Shown here piece by piece: positions 55,510 to 55,622 of a DNA stretch of 55,622 bases. The stretch's first letter is position 1. Each line of letters starts with the position of its first letter. The stretch comes from a virus. Lineage: Duplodnaviria > Caudoviricetes. Where the stretch lies: positions 1 through 55,622 of the IMG/VR virus record IMGVR_UViG_3300042260_000361. One strand, given 5' to 3'. The notes under the pieces were generated by a model. It made no database searches. It saw only the letters and a program-made list of their open reading frames with translations, and had not been told where the DNA came from. Position numbers and translations under genes: made by a program.

Positions 55510-55622
55510 ATGAAAAAGTTTTTTACATTAGTTTTAATATTATTTTTTGCGTTCGTATCGTTCGGACAAGATGTGGTGATTTTAAAACATCAAAATTACA
55601 CCTCCCATTTCAGTAAATCAAA
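55510..55622 (+). CDS. 3'-truncated secreted protein, possibly a non-specific endonuclease
   Basis: Signal peptide MKKFFTLVLILFFAFVSFG|Q then DVVILKHQNYTSHFSKS; late motif at 55473-55481. The product guess is weak. Confidence 0.45.
   Translation, partial: MKKFFTLVLILFFAFVSFGQDVVILKHQNYTSHFSKS

Noticed and set aside
1-55622. Stop-codon reassignment, as seen in some large phages
   Set aside because: Core genes are full length in the standard code, coding density is high, and TAG and TGA both end genes at sensible positions (51992, 42160).
1-55622. tRNA or rRNA genes
   Set aside because: No cloverleaf with a T-loop GTTCRA in the short intergenic regions was seen by eye; a tRNA scan would confirm this.

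Overview
This window is part of the genome of a large, AT-rich, T4-like (myovirus-type) dsDNA phage. All credible genes are on the + strand and read in the standard code. It covers most of the virion morphogenesis region: a spanin-like pair, terminase, portal, a cluster of head and internal proteins, prohead protease, a phage ribosomal protein bS21, scaffold, major capsid, neck and tail-completion proteins, about 12.5 kb of Ser/Gly-rich modular fibre genes, a glycosyltransferase, a Hint-domain protein, sheath, a homing endonuclease, tube, tail chaperones, tape measure and baseplate genes. It ends with small early genes and a short family-A DNA polymerase. Host-type promoters (TTTG-N20-TAnnTT[T/A]G) and signal peptides cleaved before Gln point to a Bacteroidota host. 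The most striking observations are: (1) a head-region gene built as an in-frame repeat-spacer array of unrelated cargo modules separated by a 15-nt ESVNE repeat, part of a wider set of candidate capsid-targeting and prohead-protease-cleavage signals; (2) a likely translation-specificity switch, with Shine-Dalgarno motifs on late genes, none on early genes or on the phage bS21 gene; (3) a recurring ATA[T/C]TTATA late-promoter candidate; (4) a Hint domain with a non-nucleophilic +1 residue in a putative virion protein; (5) a 33-bp terminator duplication flanking an inserted SGNH-like gene; (6) a candidate frameshift in the tail chaperone pair. All calls come from reading motifs and gene order by eye; no database searches were run.
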